Source of the DNA: an uncultured Chloroflexia bacterium
Lineage (GTDB): Bacteria; Chloroflexota; Limnocylindria; Limnocylindrales; CSP1-4
DNA: 64,000 nucleotides
Reading direction: 5' to 3'
NCBI GenBank assembly: GCA_963726055.1
Contig: CAVSAP010000001.1
Span: 131,980-195,979 of the forward strand
Shown here: piece after piece, positions 46,644 to 56,184 of the stretch
Position numbering within the stretch: the stretch's first letter is position 1
How the letters are laid out: the number at the start of each line of letters is the position of its first letter
Translations under genes and position numbers: made by a program
Notes under the pieces: model-generated
Seen by the model: only the letters and a program-made list of their open reading frames with translations
The model's database searches: none
What the model was told of the DNA's origin: nothing

Positions 46644-47816
46644 GTGCTCGACGCGCTCGTCGCCGAAGCGCGGCTCCGCTGGGGGCTCGACCTCGCGGCG
46701 GGCCTCCAGGTGATCGCCGCGGAGCGGCTCGTCGCGACCCCGATCGAGCCCTCTCGACCTGCCCTGATCGTCCCGGCCGCGGTCCTTCGGGCTGCGGTTG
46801 TGGGCGAGGCACAGCCGCTGCCGGGCCGGCACGCGTCGGGCGCCGATCCGGTCGCACTGCTCCAGCGGCTCTACCCTGCAGACCACGCGGTCGGCCGGTT
46901 CGGCTCGCCCGAGGGTGCCACGGTGGGAGGTCTGGGACCGGACGATCTGGCCGCGCCCATCTACCTCCCGCCGGTCGCGCCGGAGGTCGCCGTCGCGAGC
47001 CCCTGGGCGATGCCCTGGATCTCCGCCCGACTCCGACTCCCGGACGGCTGCCCGTGGGACCGTGAGCAGACCCACGAATCGCTCCGGAACCACCTCCTGG
47101 AAGAGGCGTACGAGGTCTACGACGCGCTCGGAGCCGGGCCGTCGCCGGCCCTCGCAGAGGAGCTCGGCGACCTGCTCCTCCAGGTCGTCCTTCACGCCCA
47201 GCTCGCGGCCGAAGAAGGGGTCTTCGACCTGACCGACGTCAATGCCGCGATCGCCTCGAAGATCGTCCGCCGCCATCCCCACGTGTTCGGTGACACCGAG
47301 GTCCGGACCGCGTCAGACGTGAATCGCCAGTGGGAGAGGATCAAGGCCGACGAGCGGGCGGGAGCCGAACCGGACCCGCAATCGCCCACCGAGACGAAGG
47401 GTGCGCTGGACGGCGTCAGCCGGATCCTCCCCGCGCTCGCCGCCAGCCAGGAGATGCAGGAGCGGGCAGCCAACATCGGCTACGAGTGGCCATCGGTTGA
47501 CGGCGTCCTCGACAAGGTCGCCGAAGAGCTCGCCGAGCTGCGTGAGGCAGCGACCGCGGCCGAGAAGGCCGAGGAGTACGGCGACCTGCTCTTCGTCCTG
47601 GTCAACGTCGCCCGCTGGCACGGGATCGAGGCAGAGGCCGCGCTCCGGGCGGCCAACGACAAGTTCCGGCGCCGGTTCGGCAGCGTGGAGCGCCAGGCGG
47701 CGGAGCGTGGCGTTGCTCTCCGCGACCTGGATTTCGCCGCGCTCGACGCCCTCTGGGACGCCGCCAAGACAGAAGAACGCGCCGCCGTCGCGGCGACCAA
47801 GGAGACGCAGCCATGA
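46644..47816 (+). CDS. mazG: MazG family nucleoside triphosphate pyrophosphohydrolase (tandem MazG domains with remnant methylase-like N-terminus)
   Basis: [37 protein letters not shown]. The second domain has [23 protein letters not shown]. Confidence 0.85.
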   Translation: MLDALVAEARLRWGLDLAAGLQVIAAERLVATPIEPSRPALIVPAAVLRAAVVGEAQPLPGRHASGADPVALLQRLYPADHAVGRFGSPEGATVGGLGPDDLAAPIYLPPVAPEVAVASPWAMPWISARLRLPDGCPWDREQTHESLRNHLLEEAYEVYDALGAGPSPALAEELGDLLLQVVLHAQLAAEEGVFDLTDVNAAIASKIVRRHPHVFGDTEVRTASDVNRQWERIKADERAGAEPDPQSPTETKGALDGVSRILPALAASQEMQERAANIGYEWPSVDGVLDKVAEELAELREAATAAEKAEEYGDLLFVLVNVARWHGIEAEAALRAANDKFRRRFGSVERQAAERGVALRDLDFAALDALWDAAKTEERAAVAATKETQP

Positions 47817-48547
47817 CGATCGGCAACCGCCCAACCCTTCGTGCCGACGGTCGGGTCCCGACCCAGCTGCGCCCGATCACCTTCGAGCTCGGCGTCCAGA
47901 AGTGGGCGGAGGGGTCATGCATCATCCGGGTCGGCGACACGCAGGTCCTCTGCGCGGCCTCGATCGTCGATCGCGTCCCGCCGCACCTGCGCGGCAAGGG
48001 CACGGGCTGGGTGACCGCGGAGTACTCGATGCTGCCGCGGGCGACGGCGGAGCGGACCGACCGCGAGTCGGTCAAGGGCAAGCTCGGCGGGCGGACCCAC
48101 GAGATCCAGCGGCTCATCGGCCGATCGCTTCGCGACGCCGTCGACCTCACCCGCCTCGGCGAACGGACGATCACGGTCGACTGCGACGTCCTCCAGGCGG
48201 ACGGCGGAACGCGCACGGCATCCATCACCGGCGGCTACGTGGCGCTCGCGGCCGCCCTCATCACCTACGGCATGGATCGCCATCTCGTGGCGCGGATCGC
48301 GGCCGTCAGCGTCGGGCTCGTGGACGGCCTGGCGCTCCTCGACCTCGACTACAGCGAGGACTCCCGCGCCGACGTCGACTTCAACGTCGTCGCCACCGAC
48401 GCCGGCACGTTCGTCGAGGTCCAGGGGACCGCCGAGGGCAAGCCGTTCGACCGGACCGCGATGGACGGCCTGATGGACCTCGCGTCGGCCGGTCTCGAGC
48501 GCCTGTTCGCCGCGCAGGCCGAGATCCTCGCGACGGTCAAGCGCTGA
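47813..48547 (+). CDS. rph: ribonuclease PH
   Basis: ATG overlaps the mazG stop (ATGA). Motifs [23 protein letters not shown] and [18 protein letters not shown]. Confidence 0.95.
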   Translation: MTIGNRPTLRADGRVPTQLRPITFELGVQKWAEGSCIIRVGDTQVLCAASIVDRVPPHLRGKGTGWVTAEYSMLPRATAERTDRESVKGKLGGRTHEIQRLIGRSLRDAVDLTRLGERTITVDCDVLQADGGTRTASITGGYVALAAALITYGMDRHLVARIAAVSVGLVDGLALLDLDYSEDSRADVDFNVVATDAGTFVEVQGTAEGKPFDRTAMDGLMDLASAGLERLFAAQAEILATVKR

Positions 48548-48549
48548 GC

Positions 48550-49188
48550 GTGACCCGGTCCCGGCCCCGCCTCCTCGTCGCGACCCGCTCCGCCCACAAG
48601 CTCGCCGAGCTGCGCGAACTCCTCTCGATCGATCGTGCCGAGCTCGTCACCCTCGACGACCTCGGCGTGGTGGGGGAGGTCGCCGAAACCGGCGCGACGT
48701 TCGAGGCGAATGCGCGGCTCAAGGCGCGGCACGGGGCCCGTGTGACCGGCCTGCCCACCCTCGCCGACGACTCGGGCCTGGAGGTCGCGGCGCTCGGTGG
48801 CGGGCCCGGGGTTCGAACTCGGCGCTACGCCGGCAAATCCGCCACCGACGACGACAACAACGCAAAGCTGCTCGCCGAGCTCGCAGGGATTCCACCGGAG
48901 CGCCGCACCGCCCGCTACGTCTGCGTCCTGGCGCTCGCCTTGCCCGGGGCGACCGGCCCTCGTGGCGGCCTGCCTCTCCGCGTCGTCCGCGGGACGTGTC
49001 GTGGGCGGATCGCGACCGAGCCCCGGGGCCGCGGCGGCTTCGGCTACGACCCCGTATTCGAACCGCAATCCGAGCCTCCCGGTGGCCGCACGCTCGGCCT
49101 CTGGACGCAGGACGAGAAGAACCGGATCTCGCATCGCGGGGCGGCCGCCCGGCGGATGACCCCGATCCTCCGCGAGCTCGGGTTCTGA
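48550..49188 (+). CDS. rdgB: non-canonical purine NTP pyrophosphatase (RdgB/HAM1 family)
   Basis: GTG lies 3 nt after the rph stop, within the 47401-49188 frame. Motifs LLVATRSAHKLAEL, ADDSGLEV, GFGYDPVF and ISHRGAA. It follows rph in the conserved rph-rdgB pair. Confidence 0.9.
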   Translation: MTRSRPRLLVATRSAHKLAELRELLSIDRAELVTLDDLGVVGEVAETGATFEANARLKARHGARVTGLPTLADDSGLEVAALGGGPGVRTRRYAGKSATDDDNNAKLLAELAGIPPERRTARYVCVLALALPGATGPRGGLPLRVVRGTCRGRIATEPRGRGGFGYDPVFEPQSEPPGGRTLGLWTQDEKNRISHRGAAARRMTPILRELGF

Positions 49189-49190
49189 CG

Positions 49191-49763
49191 ATGGGCGAAT
49201 TGCGAAGCATCTGCGTGTTCTGCGGGGCAAGCGCGGGCCGGGATCCGGTGTACGCCAGCGTGGCCACGGCCGTCGGTGGTGCGCTGGCCAGGCGCGGACT
49301 CGGACTCGTCTACGGTGGCGGCCGCCTCGGGCTCATGGGCGCCGTTGCGGACGGCGCGCTGGCGGCCGGTGGGCGGGTGACGGGCGTCATTCCGGCCGGG
49401 CTCGTCGATCGCGAGCTGGCCCACCAGGGCGTCACGGAGCTGCGGATCGTCGCGACGCTCCACGAGCGGAAGGCGGTCATGGCCGAGCTCGCCGATGCGT
49501 TCATCGCCCTGCCCGGCGGTCTCGGCACGCTCGAGGAGCTGGCCGAGGTCCTGTCGTGGGCCCAGCTGGAGCTCCATGGCAAGCCGGTCGGTGCCCTCGA
49601 CGTCGGCGGCTTCTTCCGCCCGCTCATCGCCTACATCGACCACGCCGCTGACGAGGGGTTTGTGTCGCCGAGCCACCGGGGTCTGCTCCTCGTCGACGAC
49701 GACCTCGATCGGCTCCTCGAACGCTTCGAGGCGTGGACGCCACCGGGCGGCCGCTGGGGCTGA
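49191..49763 (+). CDS. LOG family (TIGR00730) nucleotide 5-prime-monophosphate nucleosidase
   Basis: ICVFCGAS..GLVYGGG..GLMG and PGGLGTLEEL motifs. Confidence 0.9.
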   Translation: MGELRSICVFCGASAGRDPVYASVATAVGGALARRGLGLVYGGGRLGLMGAVADGALAAGGRVTGVIPAGLVDRELAHQGVTELRIVATLHERKAVMAELADAFIALPGGLGTLEELAEVLSWAQLELHGKPVGALDVGGFFRPLIAYIDHAADEGFVSPSHRGLLLVDDDLDRLLERFEAWTPPGGRWG

Positions 49764-50000
49764 GCCATCCGATGCGGTACCGGGCCTCGCCAGGCGATCC
49801 TCGCCAGGGCGATCCTCGCCAGATACCACCCCTGGTAGTGACCGGCGGCGATTCGGGTCGAGCCAGCGGCTGCTGATGCTTGCGCCCGCACGAGCGAGCA
49901 TCATCGGCGCCAGATTCGGGCCCAAGCGGGTCACTCTCACCACTCGGGGTGGTAACTGGCGGGAGGCCGGGCAGGGTCCTCGGTTCGAGGCGGCCCTCAG

Positions 50001-51371
50001 CTAGGGCTTCGGGGTGGGTTTCGGTGTCGGCCAGGGTCCCGGCGGCGTCCCGGGTTCCGTGAAGACGATCGCGACCATCTCCGCGATCCGCTTCGGCACG
50101 GGGATCACGACCGAACCGTAGCGGTGGTTCCTGCCGCCCGACTTCACCATCGGCGAGGACATGACGACCTGGGTCGTCCGAGCGCCGCCGATCTCCTCGG
50201 CAAGCGCGGCGAATTCCGGCAGCCGCTCTCGCGGGAGGTCCGTTCGGACGGTGTCACCGACGGCCGCAAGCAGACCCGGAAGGCTGACGACGAAGTTGCC
50301 GCCCGCGACGGCCTGGTCCCGGAGCGCGATCAGGACCTCCTGCTGGCGCCCGGCACGAGTGAAGTCGTTTTCGCCCGTCGACTTCCGGATCCGCGCATAC
50401 GCGAGCGCGTTCGCCCCGTCGAGATGGTGGGGGCCGACACCGATCGACCACCCGGGGCCAACCCCGAAGCCGCCGTAGTTCGGGTCTGAAAGGGGCTTCG
50501 CGACGTCGATGTCAACGCCTCCGACCGCGTTGACCATGGTCACGAATCCCGCCAGGTCGACCTTGGCGTAGTAGTGGATCGGCACTCCGAGAAGCGCGCC
50601 GACGGCGTCCTGGAGCGCTCGGGTGCCGCCCTGCGGAAAGTCCTCTTCGTGACGATTCGCGTAACCGAGGAGCGAGTTGATCTTCGGGGCATAGGTGTCG
50701 CCGTTGCCGAGCGGGACGTCGACCAGGTCGCGCGGGATCGACACCATCGAGACGGTTTGGCCCACCGGATCGAGCGAGATGACCATCAGCGAGTCGGTCA
50801 GCGCCTGGCTCCGCGACGGCCCGGAATCGATCCCCATGAGCAGGACGTTCACTCGCTCGCGAGCAAGCGGCGTCGGGCCGCCCGTCGAGCCCGGATCGTC
50901 GTTTGGGCCGCCCAGCGCGTCGCCGCCGGCCCCGGAGAAGACGCGCTCGAAAGCCGAGAAGGCGCTCGTCCCGTAGATGTGGACGGCAGCGTGCGGCAGC
51001 GCCACGAGCCCGATGACAACGAGCAGGCCGACACCGCCGAGCCGACCGGGCTTGCCCGGATAGCGCCGATCGACGAACGCCTCGAACACGGCCAGGAGCC
51101 GCCAGGCGAGGATCAGGGCGTTGAGGACCAGCAGGAGCTGGAGCGTTCCAGGCACGATCGCGTGGGCGAGGAGCATCGACGAGGTGTTGACCTGGAACAG
51201 CAGCCAGGCGACAAGAAGCAACACGAGCGACGGGATCGCAAAGATGACGGCCGTGCGCCCCCGGCGATTGAACGCCTGGCCGAGGCCGGGCAGGATGGCC
51301 GACAGGATGGCAGCGAAGAGGCGGCGCTGGTCGGTCGGTCCCGTGGCGGGCCGGGCGCGGCGGGCGTGCAC
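50001..51371 (-). CDS. LytR-CpsA-Psr (LCP) family glycopolymer-peptidoglycan ligase
   Basis: N-terminal TM helices, then VNVLLMGIDS..TDSLMVISLDP..VSIPRDL. The ORF is open to 51533. GTG 51371 is preceded by an AAGGAGA SD. Confidence 0.85.
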   Translation of the reverse strand: MHARRARPATGPTDQRRLFAAILSAILPGLGQAFNRRGRTAVIFAIPSLVLLLVAWLLFQVNTSSMLLAHAIVPGTLQLLLVLNALILAWRLLAVFEAFVDRRYPGKPGRLGGVGLLVVIGLVALPHAAVHIYGTSAFSAFERVFSGAGGDALGGPNDDPGSTGGPTPLARERVNVLLMGIDSGPSRSQALTDSLMVISLDPVGQTVSMVSIPRDLVDVPLGNGDTYAPKINSLLGYANRHEEDFPQGGTRALQDAVGALLGVPIHYYAKVDLAGFVTMVNAVGGVDIDVAKPLSDPNYGGFGVGPGWSIGVGPHHLDGANALAYARIRKSTGENDFTRAGRQQEVLIALRDQAVAGGNFVVSLPGLLAAVGDTVRTDLPRERLPEFAALAEEIGGARTTQVVMSSPMVKSGGRNHRYGSVVIPVPKRIAEMVAIVFTEPGTPPGPWPTPKPTPKP

Positions 51372-51554
51372 GATGAGCGAATGTCTCCTTGGGGAATGGC
51401 GGCGAGGTGGCCGGCGTGTGCCGCCCCGCGAGTCTAGCGCCGAAGCCGAAAGCGCCGTGGCGCCAGCGGTGGTGACGCCGGACGGTCGATCAGCCTGCCA
51501 GTGACCATCCGGCGTCCATCGTGTGACGCACAACCCCTGCCGGCTGTGGCGGCT

Positions 51555-52677
51555 CTACGGGCAGCCGGCTAGGCACTGCCACTGCTCGCCGTCCCATTCC
51601 CACGTGTCGCCGAGGTTGCTCTGCACCGAACCGCCGAACAGGACGACGCGCTTCCGGACGGGATCGCCTGCCATGGCGTGGTGCCCGCGCGGCGTCGGGC
51701 CTGAAACGTCGAGCTGCGTCCATGCGCTGCCATCCCAGCTCCACGTATCTGACAGCCCTCGGAGAGCTCCGTCGAGGCCACCGAACAGGAGAACGGTCCG
51801 ATTCACGGGATCGAATGCCATGCGCATGCCTTCGCGAGGCGAGGGCGCGCTCGCTGCGGTCTTTTCCGACCAACTGCTCCCGTCCCACTCCCACGTGTCG
51901 TTGAGCTCGCCCCCGCCGCGCCCACCGAACAGGACGATCTGCCCCCGATCCGGATCCTCCGCTACCGCGTGGTGGATCCGGGCTGGCGGTCCGTCCCCGA
52001 CCTGCTCTCGCCACGCGACTCCGTCCCAGGTCCACGTTTCGCCGTGGGGGACAAAGTCGGTCGACTGACCGCCGAACAGGACACCCAGGCGGTGGCCGGT
52101 ATCCCACGTGAGGCGCCAGGTGGTCGCACACCGTCGGTGGATCGACCGGCACCAGCGTCCAGCCGTCCGTGCGGATCCACGTCTCGCGGTCGCAGCCCTC
52201 CGCGGTGCTGCCGCCGTACGAAACGAGCGCCCGGCGCTCGGGGTCGTAGATCGTGCCGCCGAGGCTGCGCACCGGAGGAGCCTGCGAGTCGACGACCTCC
52301 CAGGCCGTCCCGTCCCAGCCCCAGACGAGGCCGTGCTCCTCCTCGCCCGCCTGGTCGCCGTTGAGGAGAAGAACGAGGCCAAGTTCCGGATCGAACACGA
52401 GCTGATGCCCGGATCGGGGCTGCGGCCCGGTGGACGTTGCCGGCGTGGCGGAGGAGGTCGGTGTCGGCAGCGGGGATGCCGTCGGGACGGGCCCACTCCG
52501 AGGAGCGCCGCTCTGCTCCGGCGTCAGAGGTGAAGTGGAGGCAGAGCCGGCCGGCGCGCATGCTGCCGTGATCATCGCAATGGCGGCGGTCGCCGCGAGC
52601 GCGGACGCGCCCCGACGGGTCGTCTTGACGCTCGCTCTCATGACGAGCGATACCGCCCACCGGTCGGATGGGTTCAT
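51555..52677 (-). pseudogene. Kelch/galactose-oxidase-type beta-propeller lipoprotein, one frame change near 52120
   Basis: Lipobox (AIAMITAAC), then blades in one frame to ..VPVDPPTVCDH. The remaining blades (WRLTWDTGHRLGVLFGG, ETWTWDGVAW, DTWEWDGSSW, DTWSWDGSAW, DTWEWDGEQW) lie in the frame of ORF 51555-52496. Confidence 0.7.
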
Positions 52678-52947
52678 GCGGATATCGGGGGATTGTCCGG
52701 ACTTGCAGTCCCTTGGTACCCTGACCGTACTCCACCGGACACACCGATAACCCCCAGCAATCGGTTCCGGGCCGGGGTCCCGCTTCGCGCCGTCACCCAG
52801 ATCGCGCAGCAGGTCATCCGGTACGTGCTCACCACGTTGGACTCGCCACGACCCTCGCTGAGGCAGAGGCTGCACGCGTCCGGGCACGGCTGCCGCGTCT
52901 CCTGCCGGCGATATCGAGGCGTTCACCGCGCCCAACGGAGAGAGAAC

Positions 52948-54156
52948 GTGAACGACACCCGTTTCGCCGCCGTCCGCACCCCACGAACCTCGCAAGTCCC
53001 CCAGGTCCGTCACGAACGGAAGCGCTTCCGGCGTCCGCGTCGCCTGGCACTGCTCCTGGCGATCGCCGTCACGGCCGCCCTCGTCGTGCCGTCTGTGGCG
53101 GTGACGGCCTCTGGCCACCGCCCCGCGGCCGCGCCCAACACCGGCGTGTCCGCGGCGGCATGCACGAGGACGGTCAAGGGCTTCACGGCGGCGGCCGTAC
53201 ACAGCGCCCGGAATGGAGCCGGCAGCGGTGGCATCGTCTGCTTCCCGGCGGGAACCTACTCCGGCAACCTGAGCGCGTCGGTCGCGGGCCAGACGTGGAG
53301 GCTAGCCGACAACACGACCCTCACCGGCGAGGTCCATATCTCCGGAACCGGCGTGAAGCTCCTCGGCGGCAACATCTCCCGTTCCGAAGGAAACCGCTGG
53401 ATCGCATCGGTCCAGATCCGGGCTCACAGGGTCACGGTCCAGTCCGTGAACTTCTGGGGCGGGGGCACCGGGATCAACGTTCACGGGGTGGATCGCTCTC
53501 GGATCATCTCCAATAGCTTCAGGGGCCTCTCCGGCAGCGCGATCTCGATCTGGAGCGAAGGGGTCGGCGCCGACCGGACGCTCATCGACCGGAACAAGAT
53601 CATCCAGTCGGCGACATACCAGGTGTCGCCGATCACGTCGCGTGGCAACGAGAGCGGAACCCCTGGCGGCGTCCAGAACTACCGAACTGTCATCCGCCGC
53701 AACACGATCAACCAGGGCCCCGGCGACGTCGGGTGGTTCGGAATTGAGCTGAAGCAGTCCAGGGGCGCGATCATCGAACGGAACTCGATCAAGGGCGGCC
53801 GCGTGCTGCTCAGCCTCCCTGAAACCAACAATGCCGTGGTCCGGTGGAACTGGTTCGATCTCGTGGGCTCGCCGAACTGGGGCATCGAAGTTGGCAATGC
53901 CCACGATGCAGCGATCTACGAGAACACGTTCGTCGGGGATGGGCGGACGGGCGTCGACTATGCCATCGCGCTCAACACCAACTCCCAGCGGACGAAGGCG
54001 TATGGCAACGCCGGGTCCAACCTGCGGACGTTCTTCGGCATCGCCGGCGACGGCCACCGGATCACGGACAATTGCCTCAAGAAGAGCGTGCGATTCGTGC
54101 ACGAGTTTCGACTGAACGGCGGGCCGAACATCGTCATCGCCCGCAACCGCTGCTGA
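52948..54156 (+). CDS. secreted right-handed parallel beta-helix repeat protein (pectate-lyase fold)
   Basis: GTG 52948 follows a GGAGAGAG SD. A signal anchor is followed by periodic N/I-rich turns (IISNSF, LIDRNKI, IRRNTI, IERNSI, VVRWNWF, IYENTF). Confidence 0.7.
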   Translation: MNDTRFAAVRTPRTSQVPQVRHERKRFRRPRRLALLLAIAVTAALVVPSVAVTASGHRPAAAPNTGVSAAACTRTVKGFTAAAVHSARNGAGSGGIVCFPAGTYSGNLSASVAGQTWRLADNTTLTGEVHISGTGVKLLGGNISRSEGNRWIASVQIRAHRVTVQSVNFWGGGTGINVHGVDRSRIISNSFRGLSGSAISIWSEGVGADRTLIDRNKIIQSATYQVSPITSRGNESGTPGGVQNYRTVIRRNTINQGPGDVGWFGIELKQSRGAIIERNSIKGGRVLLSLPETNNAVVRWNWFDLVGSPNWGIEVGNAHDAAIYENTFVGDGRTGVDYAIALNTNSQRTKAYGNAGSNLRTFFGIAGDGHRITDNCLKKSVRFVHEFRLNGGPNIVIARNRC

Positions 54157-54178
54157 GCAGACGCCGAGCTAAATAGTC

Positions 54179-54208
54179 GCGCCGCCCGGCCGGATGGCCG
54201 GGCGGCGC
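54179..54208. terminator. bidirectional stem-loop terminator between convergent genes
   Basis: Perfect 13-bp stem GCGCCGCCCGGCC / GGCCGGGCGGCGC with loop GGAT. It lies between stop 54156 (+) and stop 54221 (-). Confidence 0.75.
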
Positions 54209-54220
54209 GCCGTGACGGGT

Positions 54221-54808
54221 CTACCAGCGGTGGGCGACGTCGATGACGAGCCTCGAGCCAGAGCCTGGCCCGGAAAGGACGAAGGCCCGGAAGGGTAGTC
54301 GCGCCCTCAGCCCGATGGCGACCTGCGTCTGGCTCTCGTACGTGCCGAGGAACGCGACCTGGCGGAAGGTGCGGAATCCCGTGACGTCGACGGCGTGGAT
54401 GGGATCCCGCGGGTCATACGTCGGCTCGTAGGCATCGTCGTGAGCCGGCGCGTTCACGACGATCGCGAGGTATGCCCCGCCCCGCAGCGGGAGGCTCTCA
54501 CCGGAACCGTCGTGGCGAACCTCGGGCACGTATCTGACCTGATACCCGTTGCCCTGCGGACCGGGGAGCCCGGGCCGAGGCGATCCGAGATCGACGACCA
54601 GCCGATCGAAGCAAGCATGCCGACCGGCTCGCAGATCCTCGATGGTCGCGGACGTGTACGTCGAGACGCGATGCTTTTCGGGTAGCGAGCCCCAGGTGAT
54701 CCCACAGTAGGGCTGCTCGGACGAGGCGGCCGCGGCGATGCTATGCGCCCCAACCGGCACTGACATCAGGAGGCCGAGAAGAACGGCCACTGTCGCTTGT
54801 CGTCGCAT
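54221..54808 (-). CDS. secreted protein, tentatively AMIN-like domain family
   Basis: ATG 54808 follows an AGGAGA SD. Signal peptide, then CGITWGS..RAGRHACFDRLVVDL..GYQVRYV..DGSGESLPLRGGAYL..LVIDVAHRW. The family assignment is from memory only. Confidence 0.6.
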   Translation of the reverse strand: MRRQATVAVLLGLLMSVPVGAHSIAAAASSEQPYCGITWGSLPEKHRVSTYTSATIEDLRAGRHACFDRLVVDLGSPRPGLPGPQGNGYQVRYVPEVRHDGSGESLPLRGGAYLAIVVNAPAHDDAYEPTYDPRDPIHAVDVTGFRTFRQVAFLGTYESQTQVAIGLRARLPFRAFVLSGPGSGSRLVIDVAHRW

Positions 54809-54939
54809 GACGTTTCTCCTGTCGTTGAATGGTTCGCACCGCGGACGGTTCATCGGTCGGGCGCCTGAGCGGGTAGGCACCTGAGTCCGAGCATCGTCGC
54901 GGCCCATCGCAGGAGAGTCGCCGCGGAGTAACGATCAGG

Positions 54940-55980
54940 TCACGAGCCACCGACCACGCGGGTCGTCATGACCGCCTCGCCCAGCCGCCGCAGGCGGTCG
55001 TGGACGCCGCCCATCCACTCCATGTCGCGGGGCAGGTAACGCTTCGGCATCTTCGCCACGACCGTGTAGTTCGCGTCGCAGACATTGGCAATCGGGGAGG
55101 TCGATCCCTGAGACACAAGCTGGTAAGTGTCCATGAGCGAGAGCCCGGTCTGGCTCGAGATCCAGTAGATCAGCTGGGTGTGGGCAATCCGGAAGGCGTC
55201 CTCGAGCGGCCGGTATGAGCCCGCGACCATGATCGCGTCGTCGCTTTCCAGCCGCGGCCATCCGCAGTAGACGCCCTTGATGAGGTCGACCGCGAGGATG
55301 GTGTTCATCGCGCCCTCGACCGCGACCCCGCAGATCTCCCCCTCGCCCATCGTGTAATGGCCGTCACCGAGCGAGAAGAGGGCGCCCTCGACGTTGACGC
55401 CGAGATAGATGGTCGCCCCGGCGCGGGCTTCCGGGGTATCCATGTTGCCGCCGAATGCTTCGGGTACCAGGACGTTGCGGGCCTCGTAGGCGGCCGGGGC
55501 AACGCCGATCGTGCCATGGAACGGCTCCAGCGGCAGGCGGACCGTGTAGTCCGAGTCGAGCGCCTGATAGACCACCTCCCGGGCAGCCCGGTCGACGGAG
55601 TAGATCCACGTCCGCTCAGGCAGCGGGTCCTGAAGCGTTGCGGTGTATTTCGTGCCGGTCAGGGCGCCGAACAGCGGAAGGGTTGTGCTCACCGCCCAGT
55701 CGCGTGCCGGTTGCACGTCGATGAGGTGGATCGCGAGGGTATCCCCGGGCTCGGCGCCTTCGACGTGGAAGGGCCCGGTCTGCGGGTTGACGAATGGGTA
55801 AGAGACCGTGCGGCTCGGGAGGTCCTCGATCGTCCGGATCCGGCCGCCGAAGCAGTCCTCGGTGAAGAGGTCGAGGACGTCGCCGGGTTGGATGCGCTTG
55901 ACCGGCTCGCAGCCGCCGAACGTCCACGCGTACTGGTCCTCCGTCGGCACGAACCGGCTAACCGACACGTTCTGGGTCAC
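54940..55980 (-). CDS. acetamidase/formamidase family amidohydrolase
   Basis: Motifs GGNMDTPE and LFSLGDGHYTMGEGEICGVAVE. GTG 55980 follows a strong GGAGGGAGG SD. The ORF is open to 56010. Confidence 0.85.
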   Translation of the reverse strand: MTQNVSVSRFVPTEDQYAWTFGGCEPVKRIQPGDVLDLFTEDCFGGRIRTIEDLPSRTVSYPFVNPQTGPFHVEGAEPGDTLAIHLIDVQPARDWAVSTTLPLFGALTGTKYTATLQDPLPERTWIYSVDRAAREVVYQALDSDYTVRLPLEPFHGTIGVAPAAYEARNVLVPEAFGGNMDTPEARAGATIYLGVNVEGALFSLGDGHYTMGEGEICGVAVEGAMNTILAVDLIKGVYCGWPRLESDDAIMVAGSYRPLEDAFRIAHTQLIYWISSQTGLSLMDTYQLVSQGSTSPIANVCDANYTVVAKMPKRYLPRDMEWMGGVHDRLRRLGEAVMTTRVVGGS

Positions 55981-56184
55981 CGCGACGCCTCCCTCCAACC
56001 TCACTCGCATCGAGCCGGGTCATCGTCGCAGATCGCGCAACGGTGATGGAACGGTGGTTACGATCCGTGCCGGGGCATTGGTATGCTGCGTGAGTCGAGC
56101 ACCGCGAGGCGAGCCGCCAGGCGGAACCAGTGGGCACCCGTCCGGCGATCCTCCAGGCCCCGGCGCGTCGACAGAGGAGGTGCC

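Noticed and set aside
49900-50000. tRNA-like GGTTCGAGG element
   Set aside because: The flanks form a 3-nt-loop hairpin (CCTCG GTT CGAGG) rather than a 7-nt T-loop. No acceptor, D or anticodon arms can be drawn.
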